Positions 6,971-7,545 of a stretch of DNA of 7,545 bases are shown piece after piece. Each line of letters opens with the position of its first letter. Position 1 is the stretch's first letter. Position numbers and translations under genes: made by a program. The stretch covers positions 1 through 7,545 of the forward strand of contig JALVPN010000017.1 in the NCBI GenBank assembly GCA_027031765.1. The letters run 5' to 3'. This stretch comes from Promethearchaeota archaeon. GTDB lineage: Archaea; Asgardarchaeota; Thorarchaeia; Thorarchaeales; Thorarchaeaceae. The notes below the pieces were generated by a model that did no database searches, was not told the origin of the DNA, and saw only the letters and a list, made by a program, of their open reading frames with translations.

Positions 6971-7284
6971 AGTCCTCTCAATGCGGCCGAGCCCGGTCTG
7001 TCACCTGCTCTCAGGACGGCCGTCCGGCACTTGCCAGCGAGGTAGTGCAGGACGGGTCATGGAGGATGTGGTCTCTGTACTGTCATGGTCAGCAGTGCCG
7101 GGTCTGGAAACTGGGTCACAGCAGCACCGTCGTAGGTGTCCCGTGCATGAATGACCTGACCTCTCCTCAGAGCGACTCATCTGACGTGCCCCGACTGTCG
7201 GTGGGGGGGACACAGGAGTGCGCAGTCAAGGTGTGACAGCATGCCCCCCGCCAACAGCGTGGTCGTATCGGCAGCAGACCACCG

Positions 7285-7545
7285 TTAGAGGTGTCTGGCA
7301 ATCATTGCAACAAGGTCTACGGTCCGGTTCGAGTAGCCGGTCTCGTTGTCGTACCAGCCCAGGACCTTGACCATGTCCCCAATCGTGAGAGTGCTCGGTG
7401 CATCGAACATGCACGACCTCGGGTCACCAATGAAGTCCGACGACACGAGGGGCTCCTCGGTGTACCCCAGGATCCCGGACATGGGGCCTTCGGCCGCTCT
7501 CTTGAAGGCCGCGTTGACCTCCTCTGCGTTGACCTCCCTCTCGAC
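7285..7545 (-). CDS. gap: Class I (type I) glyceraldehyde-3-phosphate dehydrogenase, C-terminal fragment (5' part outside window)
   Basis: The frame is open from the window end: VEREVNAEEVNAAFKRAAEGPMSGILGYTEEPLVSSDFIGDPRSCMFDAPSTLTIGDMVKVLGWYDNETGYSNRTVDLVAMIARHL*. GILGYTEEPLVSSDF and VKV..WYDNE.GYS.R..DL are hallmark class I GAPDH motifs. Stop TAA at 7287-7285. Confidence 0.95.
   Translation of the reverse strand, partial: VEREVNAEEVNAAFKRAAEGPMSGILGYTEEPLVSSDFIGDPRSCMFDAPSTLTIGDMVKVLGWYDNETGYSNRTVDLVAMIARHL

Noticed and set aside
7147-7184. ATGAATGA...CTGA...CTGA resembling a box C/D sRNA or SECIS kink-turn
   Set aside because: Box C is imperfect, the first CTGA follows it with no guide region, there is no C' box or good terminal stem, and no gene here has an in-frame TGA needing recoding.
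6949-7236. Small ORFs in the gap-nurA intergenic region (6949-7236 +, 7001-7213 -)
   Set aside because: They have no recognisable motifs, overlap each other on opposite strands, and their lengths are expected by chance in GC-rich DNA.
2904-7284. Idea that nurA-herA sits on a mobile element bounded by terminal repeats
   Set aside because: Comparing the two flanking intergenic regions by eye showed only 6-8 nt matches. There is no integrase/transposase, tRNA target or target-site duplication in the window.

Overview
GC-rich window that looks archaeal. The surface-protein architecture resembles Asgard/Thorarchaeota-type proteins, but that lineage call is an inference. It holds five coding regions. 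On the + strand: the 3' end of an MFS transporter (1-345), overlapping (TTGA) an 853-aa secreted, membrane-anchored parallel beta-helix (NosD/CASH-like) protein with an Ig-like domain and a Thr-rich stalk (342-2903). On the - strand, converging on it: an overlapping pair of a very large NurA-family nuclease (about 640 aa, with an apparent winged-helix insertion) and a motif-divergent HerA-family ATPase (3160-5031). No mre11/rad50 lies next to the pair. The 3' end of a class I (bacterial/eukaryotic-type) GAPDH sits at 7285-7545. The best candidate for an under-described system is the stand-alone, enlarged NurA-HerA module. Both intergenic regions flanking it contain several short inverted repeats. 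I saw no CRISPR array, tRNA/rRNA or transposase.
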